A DNA stretch of 63,942 nucleotides, filler included, from an uncultured Ignavibacteriales bacterium (GTDB lineage: Bacteria; Zixibacteria; MSB-5A5; GN15; JAAZOE01), in assembly GCA_964611355.1 (NCBI GenBank). It is 3 parts of 3 records of this genome, joined end to end, with 100 filler letters (N's around TTAATTAATTAA, not from the genome) between each part and the next. Parts side by side here need not be neighbours in the genome. Positions count along the whole stretch, not along the records: positions 1 to 26,202 come from CAZSYD010000032.1; 2 more parts are not named here. One strand, given 5' to 3'. This document shows, in pieces, positions 10,319 through 19,320 of this stretch. Below the pieces are notes generated by a model. That model had not been told where the DNA came from, did not search any database, and was given only the letters and a program-made list of their open reading frames with translations. Both the position numbers and the translations under genes were made by a program. Each line of letters starts with the position of its first letter. Position 1 is the stretch's first letter.

Positions 10319-11095
10319 ATGGTACATATCACTATAAATGGAAAAGTCGTCAAAGCCGTAGAAGGGGAGATGCTCCTGGCGGTTATTCGCAGGGAAGGGA
10401 TTGATATTCCCGCTCTATGCGACCACCCGGCGATTGAACCGGCCGGGAATTGCCGGCTCTGCATGGTGGAAATTACCAAAGAAGGATGGGGTGGCCGGAC
10501 AAAGTATGTTACATCCTGTCTTTATCCGGTTGAGGATGGCCTGATAGTCAGCACGCATACGCCGCAGTTGATCGAGATTCGCAAAACGATCCTTGACCTA
10601 TTGCTGGCCCGCAGTCCCAATTCCGAAGTCATTCAGAAAATGGCCGAGGAGTACGGCATATATAAAACCAGTTATGAAACCATCCCTGACGGCGACAACT
10701 GTATCGCCTGCTATGCCTGTACTCGCATCTGTGAAACGCTCGGCAAAAATGCTATCTCGGCGGTACTCCGCGGCCATGACAAGAAGATCGGGCCGCCGTT
10801 TGACGAACCGCCGCCCGACTGCATCGGCTGCCTTGCCTGTGCTCATATTTGTCCCACGGGTGTTATAAAGTGGCACGATAAAGACAATATCCGCACTATC
10901 TGGAACAAAGATTTTGAACTGATATCCTGCAGGTTGTGCGGCAAAAAAATCATCACCCGGGATTTTGCCGATTACCTGATCGAACAACGAAATATCCCCA
11001 AAGACTATTTTGATACCTGTGACGACTGTAAACGAGTGGAGCTGGCCGCGAAAATGGGCGGCATCGTCAATCAGGTTGAGGAGGCGGCGTCATGA
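10319..11095 (+). CDS. NuoG/HydA N-terminal-like Fe-S protein without a catalytic domain
   Basis: N-terminal [2Fe-2S] (IPALC...CRLC...TSC), two CxxCxxC motifs; no H-cluster or molybdopterin domain. Confidence 0.85.
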   Translation: MVHITINGKVVKAVEGEMLLAVIRREGIDIPALCDHPAIEPAGNCRLCMVEITKEGWGGRTKYVTSCLYPVEDGLIVSTHTPQLIEIRKTILDLLLARSPNSEVIQKMAEEYGIYKTSYETIPDGDNCIACYACTRICETLGKNAISAVLRGHDKKIGPPFDEPPPDCIGCLACAHICPTGVIKWHDKDNIRTIWNKDFELISCRLCGKKIITRDFADYLIEQRNIPKDYFDTCDDCKRVELAAKMGGIVNQVEEAAS

Positions 11096-11505
11096 TGACC
11101 TTCCGTTTGGAAATCAACCCGGCTTTATGCACCGGTTGCCGCACCTGTGAATTGGCCTGCGCCTTCACTCACACAAAAAACCAAAAACCGGGTCGAAGCC
11201 GCATCTATCCGATCGCTTACGCCCCCGATAAGTATGTTCCGGTAACCTGTCTTCAGTGCGACGATCCCGCCTGCGTCAAGTCGTGTATGTTTGACGCTCT
11301 CAGGCGGAATGAACAGACCGGCGCCATTGAACGAGATATGGAACGTTGCGTCAAATGCGGGGCCTGCGTGGCCGCCTGTCCGTTCGGCTGTGCGCTCGTG
11401 GATGACGTCCACGACGAGATTGTCAAATGCGACCTGTGCGGTGGAGATCCCGCATGCGCCCGATTTTGCCCGACAAAAGCGCTGGAATACAAGAGAATCG
11501 CCTGA
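11092..11505 (+). CDS. Multi-[4Fe-4S] electron transfer protein (DmsB/CooF-like)
   Basis: CTGCRTC, CLQC, CVKCGAC, KCDLC...CPT. Confidence 0.9.
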   Translation: MMTFRLEINPALCTGCRTCELACAFTHTKNQKPGRSRIYPIAYAPDKYVPVTCLQCDDPACVKSCMFDALRRNEQTGAIERDMERCVKCGACVAACPFGCALVDDVHDEIVKCDLCGGDPACARFCPTKALEYKRIA

Positions 11506-11697
11506 ACCGACTTAACCGTCAAAGCCCTTTAATCCAAGCGGCGTTTTTTCCAACCGGCCTTTTCTCATGGAAAGACATTACAGGAATAAGGCAATAGCAG
11601 GCTTTTTCTATGGTTGACGGCGGCGCCAAAAGAATATAGATTTGATGACTGATAATTTATCGATTTCGAGAATAGATTACGCGGTGAGGATACAGAC

Positions 11698-12537
11698 TTG
11701 CCCGAAAAGTTTAATACAGGCCTGAAAAGAACGATAAGGTATACCGGAGCATTTCTTTTGGCGCTGATATTCTGCGTCTTTATCCTTGTTTCCTGCGGAA
11801 AAGATAAACCGAAAATCGATCCCTCCGGTTATGACGGATGGCAGGATTACAGCTATGGCCATTTCAATTTTCATTTTTCACCCGATTCGCGCTGGCTGAA
11901 AGATAAAGAAGAACTGGCCGAAGGTTATGAGCGCTTCCTGAAAGAACTCTGCGAGGTTTTGGAGATGCCTGTTCCGGAAGATATAATTGATCTTTATGTT
12001 TATACTCCCGGCATGGAAGCGTATGAGATCACCGGACGGGACATCCCTTTTTCCACCGAGAACGAAATCCACTGGGGCGGCCGGACTCCGTATGGCTATC
12101 AACTGGCCAAGTTCCTGCTGGAAAAAAAGGGAATTGGGCCGGGCCGATTCCATGTCCTCAACGAAGGCATTCCTCACGTGCTGGATTATTCCGGTATCAA
12201 CTACTATGACAAACTAAATCGGATAAACAATTCCGGCATGTTTATCGGCGTTGTGGAGTTGGGAAATAACGCCGGGTTTGATTCACTTGATTATCATATC
12301 CTGCGGTCCGAGTCGGCCTCGTTATGCGGGTATATTATGTATAACTACGGTATTGATCGACTGTTTATGCTGTGGAAATCAAGCATTGGTTGGCAGCGTT
12401 CCATCGAGACTATCTTTCAATTGCCGGTCGATGAATTCGAGAAAAGCTGGCTCGACTTTGCCCGCTCTCAGACCGACAGTCCGGACGGAACGATTGAAGA
12501 TGATACCACCAAAACCATGAGGTTAATCGTAGAATGA
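11698..12537 (+). CDS. Hypothetical lipoprotein, possibly peptidase MA-like
   Basis: Lipobox LVSC; LNEG motif but no HExxH. Confidence 0.6.
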   Translation: MPEKFNTGLKRTIRYTGAFLLALIFCVFILVSCGKDKPKIDPSGYDGWQDYSYGHFNFHFSPDSRWLKDKEELAEGYERFLKELCEVLEMPVPEDIIDLYVYTPGMEAYEITGRDIPFSTENEIHWGGRTPYGYQLAKFLLEKKGIGPGRFHVLNEGIPHVLDYSGINYYDKLNRINNSGMFIGVVELGNNAGFDSLDYHILRSESASLCGYIMYNYGIDRLFMLWKSSIGWQRSIETIFQLPVDEFEKSWLDFARSQTDSPDGTIEDDTTKTMRLIVE

Positions 12538-13304
12538 GCGAAGATAAATGGCCGACAGGCATAACCGAAATCGGCCCCGGAAAAATACGAGTGCGCGGAT
12601 ATGATATCACCGAGATGATGGACAAGCTCTCCTTCGCACAGGCAGTATATCTGATTCTCAGGGGTGATCTTCCCGATGAAAAAGAAGCGCGGATGATGGA
12701 AGCGATTCTGGTTTCCTCCATCGATCACGGTGCTTCTCCGCCGTCGGTTCTGGGCAGCCGCAACGTCATCTCCGGCGGGAATTCGCTCAATGCCGCCGTG
12801 GCCGGAGGCGTCCTCGTCATCGGTGACAGCCACGGCGGGGCCATAGAGCAATCGGCCCGCATAATGCAGGAATGGGCAAAGAGAGAGGGCGATCCTGAAA
12901 AGCTGGCCGCCGAATTGGTAACTGAGTTTCGTGCCAAAAAGAAAAGGATGCCGGGATTCGGCCATCGCCTGCATAAAACCGATCCACGAACGATCAAGCT
13001 GTTTGAAATAGCCGAATCGCTTAAGTTTTCCGGTCGGCATACGGAACTGGCCAAAGCAGTAGAAATGGAACTGGAAAAGGTTAGCGGACGAAAACTACCG
13101 ATAAACGTCGACGGCGCTATCGCTGCCGTTATCTCCGATATGGGTTTCGACTGGCGGCTCGGGAAAGGCTTTTTCATCATCTCGCGCGTGCCCGGCTTGA
13201 TAGCTCACGCCTACGAAGAGATGACCACGCAAAAGCCGATGCGTAAACTGGGCAACACGAATTTTGAATACACCGGACCGCCGGAACGAAACATTCCTGA
13301 GTAA
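12534..13304 (+). CDS. Citryl-CoA lyase-like protein (citrate synthase family)
   Basis: DHG, HGGA, PGFGHR and NVDG motifs; 256 aa. Confidence 0.85.
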   Translation: MSEDKWPTGITEIGPGKIRVRGYDITEMMDKLSFAQAVYLILRGDLPDEKEARMMEAILVSSIDHGASPPSVLGSRNVISGGNSLNAAVAGGVLVIGDSHGGAIEQSARIMQEWAKREGDPEKLAAELVTEFRAKKKRMPGFGHRLHKTDPRTIKLFEIAESLKFSGRHTELAKAVEMELEKVSGRKLPINVDGAIAAVISDMGFDWRLGKGFFIISRVPGLIAHAYEEMTTQKPMRKLGNTNFEYTGPPERNIPE

Positions 13305-13423
13305 TAAATCCGTTGCCGGTTATTGGCCTTTGATTATGAATCATTACTGCAGATTGTAGACATAAAATAGTTGAAACCGGTGGTGAGACAGCCGTCGATA
13401 CCCCTCGGCAATAAGGATAAGCA

Positions 13424-14269
13424 ATGAAAAAAACAGTTCTGCTGTCGGCAACGTACGTTTTAATCGGATTTATGGTGATCTCTTGCGGTCCGTCCGGGCG
13501 AGTCGGTTTGGATGAGAGCAGACTATGTATCCCGCGTGATTTGCAAATTGATTCTGTCGGCAACCGTTATGCAAAAATCGCTTGGGACCCCGGCTGCCCC
13601 GGTACGCGAATCATGCGCGGATTTGATATATACTTGTCGCCGGTTCCTTTAGTCGATAAATATTCCGGTCGGGAATTCTCCAACAGCATTAAACCTCATA
13701 ACCATGAGCTCTATCCCGGCGACGCCGAAGGAAATCCGGATCGAGAAACTTATGAAATCGAAAATATCTCTAACGCCACCAGATATTTCGTGCATGTTCG
13801 GGCGGTTTACAACGACGGATCGTTTTCAAAGCCCTCCAACGAGATCGATTTGATCTGCTATCCCCAGGGGATACTTGAGCTGGCCGTTTCATATTCGGGC
13901 GATCAGGCCGGATTCAGTTTCGCCGAGGATCGTTATTGCCGCACTAACAACCTTGAAAATGACATTTATTTCTATCACAAAGACGGCAAAGATTTTCTTT
14001 GCTCTCCCTCGCGGTTGGGGGCAGTCAATCGTATGACCAAAATCTATCCTGCTGGCAAAGGGGTCACGCCCCCTTACCCGGAAAAACTGCAACGTGTTGG
14101 CGAAGCGTCTGAGAAAATTGAAATACTGCCCGGCCGAAATATAGTTATTGAAACCGAGGATGGCTATTATGCCGGATTGTATATCAGGCAATTGGAACGC
14201 TCGGGCGATGACCGCAGGGCAATAATCCAGTATTTCTACAGGCCGCCGGTTGCCGAACCTGTGCCCTGA
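13424..14269 (+). CDS. Lipoprotein with fibronectin type III-like domain
   Basis: Lipobox VISC; W...Y...VRAV...SKPSN FN3 pattern. Confidence 0.65.
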   Translation: MKKTVLLSATYVLIGFMVISCGPSGRVGLDESRLCIPRDLQIDSVGNRYAKIAWDPGCPGTRIMRGFDIYLSPVPLVDKYSGREFSNSIKPHNHELYPGDAEGNPDRETYEIENISNATRYFVHVRAVYNDGSFSKPSNEIDLICYPQGILELAVSYSGDQAGFSFAEDRYCRTNNLENDIYFYHKDGKDFLCSPSRLGAVNRMTKIYPAGKGVTPPYPEKLQRVGEASEKIEILPGRNIVIETEDGYYAGLYIRQLERSGDDRRAIIQYFYRPPVAEPVP

Positions 14270-14757
14270 TCAACAATAACAAATCCGTTTAGTTTCAGAC
14301 GATCGGTGACAGCCGTGATATGCGTGCCCGACCAGTAAACCCTCTTGCAGGCCGGACACTGACGGAATTCATCGTGGGTTTTATAGGTGAAGGGATAGAC
14401 CAAATCCTTTATTTCTTTCTTCTCAACGGGAACGATAACGGTATTATCCTCCAGGCACCGAATAAACATCCTTTCTTTCTTGAATTGCAACCCAAAATGA
14501 TTCATAACCGCCCGAAGCTGATCCGGCCACAGGTTGTTTTCAATCAAAAAGTAATCGCGAACGAGCGTCCGTTCGATCAGGCGATGGTCGCGAGTCAGGA
14601 TATGGCGTTGTTCATCCAGCGAGATTTGTATAAGGTTACTGTCGGTGATATTTTTATCAAAGATGGTATCAAAGCCGCCCACCCGCAGGTATCGGGCCAA
14701 CTTGCCCAGGTTGTCGTCGCAGACAAAGCGCGGTTCGATATTTATTATAGATATCAT
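14236..14757 (-). CDS. Mut7-C RNase domain protein
   Basis: LGKLARYLRxxGFD, LTRD, CxxC-RVYWxGTH. Confidence 0.9.
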   Translation of the reverse strand: MISIINIEPRFVCDDNLGKLARYLRVGGFDTIFDKNITDSNLIQISLDEQRHILTRDHRLIERTLVRDYFLIENNLWPDQLRAVMNHFGLQFKKERMFIRCLEDNTVIVPVEKKEIKDLVYPFTYKTHDEFRQCPACKRVYWSGTHITAVTDRLKLNGFVIVDQGTGSATGGL

Positions 14758-14891
14758 TTCAGCTTCCGGGAAACAATCGGGTTGCCTGATTCCGGTTTAG
14801 CTTTCTAACTTAATATATAGCCTGATCTAATGGTTACAAAATCAAAATCGTCTCCAACGACGGGGTGGATTATTCTCATGATAGAAACAGC

Positions 14892-14919
14892 TTGAAATTA
14901 ACCTGAGATACATTATACT
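14892..14919 (+). promoter_or_regulatory. Sigma70-type promoter of the DUF1573 gene
   Basis: TTGAAA-N16-TATACT. Confidence 0.5.
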
Positions 14920-14976
14920 GAAACCGTTGCAGCCGATATCGGTAAAATAAGCATGCCCGCTCAGTTGGAGGATAAA

Positions 14977-15711
14977 ATGCAAAGAACCCTTTGGCTTGCT
15001 TCTCTGATTATTGTTGCTCTCTTTTTCTTTTCTTCTTTAGTATCAGCTCAGCCAAAAATGTCTATTTCGGGGGATTATTTCGACTTCGGCTACGTTCCTC
15101 AGGAATCCAAGTTATCCCATACTTTCTGGATAAAATCGGTCGGGACAGACACCCTGAAAATTATCGACATAAAACCCGGGTGAAGCTGCACCAAGGCTCC
15201 CGTAGAAAAAAGGGAGCTTGCTGTCGGTGACAGCACCGGTGTCGAAATTATATACACGCTGGGCAGACGGGTCGGAATTTCAAGCAAGAAACCGACTATT
15301 ATAACCAACGAAGGACCGACTCGCCGGAGAGTTACAATTGAAGCCAACGCTGTTCGCGCACCGGATTCCACATATCCGATTATCATAAAACCCTATAAAA
15401 TTTATGTCTCGAAAGCGGGCGAGATTGAAGTGGATATGGGGGAATTTACGATAAGAAACGTTTCGCCCGAAAACCTTGAAATCAAAGTTGTCAGTCAACC
15501 TTACGGATATTTCAAACTGGACATTCCCAAAGAGGTCAAGGCCGACCAGGCGATCAAATGCAAATTGAAAGTCAACAAGGATAAATTAAAGGAAGAGTTT
15601 CAAAAGTCGATTACCATCGAGCTAAACGATGCCGCCAAAACCCGGTTTACAATTCCCGTGATAAGGCGGTTTATCGGTGTCAAACCCGGCGGCCAATCAA
15701 CTTCAAAATAG
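14977..15711 (+). CDS. Exported DUF1573-family protein, probable selenoprotein (UGA at 15181-15183, PG-U-SCT)
   Basis: GGAGG RBS; signal peptide; FDFGYV...GTDTLKI DUF1573 pattern; frame stays open after TGA and joins ORF 15430-15711; TGA occupies the first Cys of the family CxC motif. Confidence 0.8.
15192..15220 (+). promoter_or_regulatory. Putative bacterial SECIS element
   Basis: GCTCCC/GGGAGC stem extended by CAA/TTG; the loop starts with G, 18 nt after the UGA. Confidence 0.65.
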
Positions 15712-15720
15712 CTGTAACCT

Positions 15721-15747
15721 CCCCGCCTGGCTCAAACTCAGGCGGGG
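15721..15747. terminator. Hairpin between convergent genes
   Basis: CCCCGCCTG/CAGGCGGGG 9-bp stem. Confidence 0.65.
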
Positions 15748-15753
15748 TACAAT

Positions 15754-16674
15754 TCATTTCTTATCAAGATTCATCATTAGGGCGTACCAGAACGGAAATA
15801 TAGCTTCGCCGGAAAAGTTGGACTGGTAAAACCTGCCGTCAGGGCCGGTGAATATTATCAGATTGTAATCAATAATATATGGCTTTTCGTATCGCGTCGT
15901 GTCGATATGCGTGGAAACGCCTGAACCGATTTCGCCGGAAAATACATGGTTTATGGTTTGAGTTTTCACGGCATAAGTAAGTCTTCCGATAAGCGGCTCA
16001 AACGTCGGCCAGCGGGGGAATTCAAACAATTCCAGATGGCCGATATTAAAAATCGTATCGGGCTGATTGTCTGAAATATCATTTTTTACGATATGATATG
16101 TATTGACCGCGCCGCTTGTATCTTCGATTAAATATACAAGGGTATCAGGCGCAAATAAAGTCGGGTCCCAGCCTGAGGTGAAAAAGTCCACGGTTCCGGC
16201 GGTTTCGTTCAGCAAAAATATAGAATTATAGCGACAGGCGGCCAGCAGGCTGTCGTTGACAAACACAATCGATTCAAAACCGTCTGTCACGCTTGATTTC
16301 CACCTGCTTTGATCCGAAAGCCGGAAGTAATTTATCTTTGCCGATTCCAGAAACGCCAGGGTATTGTTATCCGGCGACAATGTCGGGCTGTGGAATCCTT
16401 GCCCCATCAGGACTTCTTCTCTAACCGGTTTTTTGGCCTTTGCCCGATAGATGCCGCTTTTGGCGGTATTCGAATTATCGGTTGTGATGTAGTATATATA
16501 ATTTCGATTGGGCGTAAGCGTCGGCTCGGTTTCGATTCGATACCGATCCGGCCCGCCATTCGGCGTTGTCGGCGCTACCCCTGTATCGTTATCGCAGGAC
16601 AAAATAAACGCCGCGATTATTATCAAGCCCGCAATCGCCGCCGATCGCTGATATGTCTTTTTTCCGATAAACAT
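15754..16674 (-). CDS. Lipoprotein, TolB-like beta-propeller
   Basis: Lipobox ILSC; repeated PTLSP/PTLFAP/PTFEP PD40-like units. Confidence 0.6.
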   Translation of the reverse strand: MFIGKKTYQRSAAIAGLIIIAAFILSCDNDTGVAPTTPNGGPDRYRIETEPTLTPNRNYIYYITTDNSNTAKSGIYRAKAKKPVREEVLMGQGFHSPTLSPDNNTLAFLESAKINYFRLSDQSRWKSSVTDGFESIVFVNDSLLAACRYNSIFLLNETAGTVDFFTSGWDPTLFAPDTLVYLIEDTSGAVNTYHIVKNDISDNQPDTIFNIGHLELFEFPRWPTFEPLIGRLTYAVKTQTINHVFSGEIGSGVSTHIDTTRYEKPYIIDYNLIIFTGPDGRFYQSNFSGEAIFPFWYALMMNLDKK

Positions 16675-16835
16675 GCCTGAGAAGCGGAGTATTATTGCCA
16701 ATTTCAAACTATATGCAGAAATAAACTCATTGTCAATTGACAATTTACCGCGTATTGAACGATTTTCGAACGACTCGCTTCACCTTTAAGCATTGACAGA
16801 CCCGCAAAATGATACATGAATACCCAATTTAGTTT

Positions 16836-17447
16836 CTATTTTTTCCGTAGGATTCGAGCCTTTAATTCCTCATAGCTGGTGAGTTTATTCGCTCTATTTG
16901 GGTGTCGAAATGGCACAACCCATGCTCCGGTCTGGCCATGACGAACAGTATACTCAAAAGGATTGAAGGGGTCGATATCCAGTTCGAGAAGCCATGCCAG
17001 AATCTCAAAAGTACCACAACCAACAATGTAATGCGGCTGAATATCTTGAATTTGGCGCCTCAGGAGATTCCTGTCGCGCAAGGCAAAAGCACCAACTATC
17101 GATATATCAGCAACAGCAGCACCTGTTAGCTTCTTGAGGTTTATGGCCGCTACCTGACAGAGCGCTGCCTTCATCCTGTCCTTTGTAATTTCCTCATAGG
17201 CCGGAAATTCTTCCAAAATGCCCACGGCCCAAAGTGCGACCGTATGCTACATTTGATATACCGGTCCGTTTTTTAGGTGTTCTCGAAGGTCTAACCCAGG
17301 TGCCTTGTTCATGTCTTTGAGTACAAACAAAATGCGTGGATTGGCTTGACTGTAAGCATTTTCATCAAGTATACCATCCTTGCATATTTCTTCAGAACCA
17401 AGTCCAAGCGCACGGTAATGTTCTTTCCAGCTATCCCAGATTTCCAT
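16836..17447 (-). pseudogene. Uracil-DNA-glycosylase-like gene interrupted by an in-frame TAG (17247-17249)
   Basis: ORFs 17247-17447 and 16836-17225 share a frame and read YQM*HTVALWAVGIL; ILFVLK, INLKK and HP motifs. Confidence 0.6.
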
Positions 17448-17473
17448 TTCTTTCTCCTTTCAATTGAAAATTA

Positions 17474-17547
17474 TACCCCCGGCAGGACTCGAACCTGCTA
17501 CCCTCTGCTTAGAAGGCAGATGCTCTATCCGCGTGAGCTACGGGGGC
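17474..17547 (-). tRNA. tRNA-Arg(TCT)
   Basis: Cloverleaf; TCTGC-CTTCTAA-GCAGA anticodon arm; GGTTCGAGTCC T-arm; no encoded CCA. Confidence 0.95.
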
Positions 17548-17701
17548 AATTTTTACTACCAGTAAACTAAATATTAAGAGAAAGCAAAGCCAAAGCAACA
17601 AAATAATCGGCATAAGAGGATATGTTGAAAACCCTGAGGTTACTTGCCGAAGGGTCGAAGATGCTGAGGCCGAAGGTCGAAGAAAACCTCCGATAAATAA
17701 A

Positions 17702-17776
17702 TCGGGGTGAGAGGATTTGAACCTCCGACATCATGCTCCCAAAGCATGCGCGCTGACCAGGCTGCGCTACACCCCG
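17702..17776 (-). tRNA. tRNA-Pro(TGG)
   Basis: CGGGGTG acceptor; CATGC-TTTGGGA-GCATG anticodon arm; GGTTCAAATCC. Confidence 0.95.
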
Positions 17777-17834
17777 AATCGACGGCTTAATCTATTTTAC
17801 GAAATCATAAAAGTCAATAGACTGTGCGACCCGG

Positions 17835-18446
17835 CTAATCATCTTTCAGTCTTTCGGACAAAAGTTCTTTCGCCTTCAGCAGGGCTTTGCCACGGTGGGA
17901 GACTTTGTTCTTTTCTCCGAGGCTGAGTTCGGCGAATGTCTTTCCAAGCGGGGGATAAAAGAAAACCGGATCGTATCCGAATCCGCCGGTCGCTATCGAT
18001 TTCCTTTCGGCAATAAAGCCTTCCGCCTGACCTTCGACCACCTGCGTGTCGTTTTCTCCAAAACATATCGCGATGACACATCGAAAACGAGCCGTGCGTT
18101 TTTCTTTGGGCACATCGGTCATTTCTTCCAGCAACTTGCGATTGTTATCATCATAAGTGCATCCCGGCCCCGCATAGCGCGACGAATAAACTCCCGGCGC
18201 GCCGTTCAGATAATCGACTTCCAGCCCCGAATCGTCCGCCAGCGACTGCAGGCCGGTTGCCTTGTATATACCTTCGGCTTTGATTATTGCGTTCTGTTCA
18301 AGTGTATCTCCGGTTTCTTGGATATCGGGGAAAATACTAAAATCAGTCGAGGTCAGTATTTCAATCCCCGTCCCGTCGAGCAGGTTTTTTATTTCCCTTA
18401 TCTTATCTTTATTGTTTGTAGCGAGGACGAGTTTCATAGCGGCCAT
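17835..18446 (-). CDS. rdgB: dITP/XTP pyrophosphatase
   Basis: ATNNKDK, ADDSGL, GFGYDPVF, SHRG. Confidence 0.95.
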   Translation of the reverse strand: MAAMKLVLATNNKDKIREIKNLLDGTGIEILTSTDFSIFPDIQETGDTLEQNAIIKAEGIYKATGLQSLADDSGLEVDYLNGAPGVYSSRYAGPGCTYDDNNRKLLEEMTDVPKEKRTARFRCVIAICFGENDTQVVEGQAEGFIAERKSIATGGFGYDPVFFYPPLGKTFAELSLGEKNKVSHRGKALLKAKELLSERLKDD

Positions 18447-18510
18447 TTTCTCCTCGATGACTTTTGGTATAAATGGTGTGCGCGGTATAAGTTCCTGTTG
18501 AGTTTTACAT

Positions 18511-19320
18511 TCAATACTTCGTTATATCCACCCGGATAATGTTATTCATCCGCCTGCCGAGAAAACGTTCGGCGACGGCGGCAAACTTATCCGGAACATC
18601 CGAAACGTAGAATTTATGATTGGTCTTTTTGCCGTTGGCTCTGAGCAAATCCTTGCGCTCAAGATATTCTTTAATCTCTCCGGCGGTAGCAGTCGCCGAA
18701 TCGATCAATGTAACATTGTCGCCGACAACCTCCTGAATCATATCTTTCAGCAGCGGATAATGCGTGCAGCCAAGCACAAGCGTATCTATACCGTTTTCCT
18801 TCAATGAACTGAGGTAATCTTCCGCTATCAGGTAAGCCGCCTTGCGCCCTTGGTATCCTTCTTCGGCTAAAGGTACAAACAGGGGACAGGCCAGCGAAAA
18901 GACTTTGATTTTGGCATCGATCTCGTGAATCGCCTTCGGGTAAGAATTGGAAGTGATGGTGGCGTGGGTGCCGATGATACCGACTTTACCGTTTTGCGTG
19001 GCCGCCACCGCCGCTCGCGCCCCCGGCGCGATAACTCCCAGCATATCGATATTATTTTCAGCGGCGACCGTTTCCAGCGCTACGGCCGAGGCGGTGTTGC
19101 ATGCGGCCACGATGAATTTGACCTTTTGTTCGAGAAGAAAGGCGATATCCTGCCGGGTGAATTGCAGAATAATGTCTTTTGAACGGGGGCCATACGGGTA
19201 TCGGCCCACATCGCCGAAGTAAATGACGTTTTCGCCGGGAAGCTGGCGGAATATTTCGGCCGCAACGGTCAACCCGCCTACTCCGGAATCAAAAAGACCG
19301 ATCGGTTTATCCCGCATCAT
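18511..19320 (-). CDS. murI: Glutamate racemase
   Basis: FDSGVGGL, ACNTAS, LGCTHYP. Confidence 0.97.
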   Translation of the reverse strand: MMRDKPIGLFDSGVGGLTVAAEIFRQLPGENVIYFGDVGRYPYGPRSKDIILQFTRQDIAFLLEQKVKFIVAACNTASAVALETVAAENNIDMLGVIAPGARAAVAATQNGKVGIIGTHATITSNSYPKAIHEIDAKIKVFSLACPLFVPLAEEGYQGRKAAYLIAEDYLSSLKENGIDTLVLGCTHYPLLKDMIQEVVGDNVTLIDSATATAGEIKEYLERKDLLRANGKKTNHKFYVSDVPDKFAAVAERFLGRRMNNIIRVDITKY

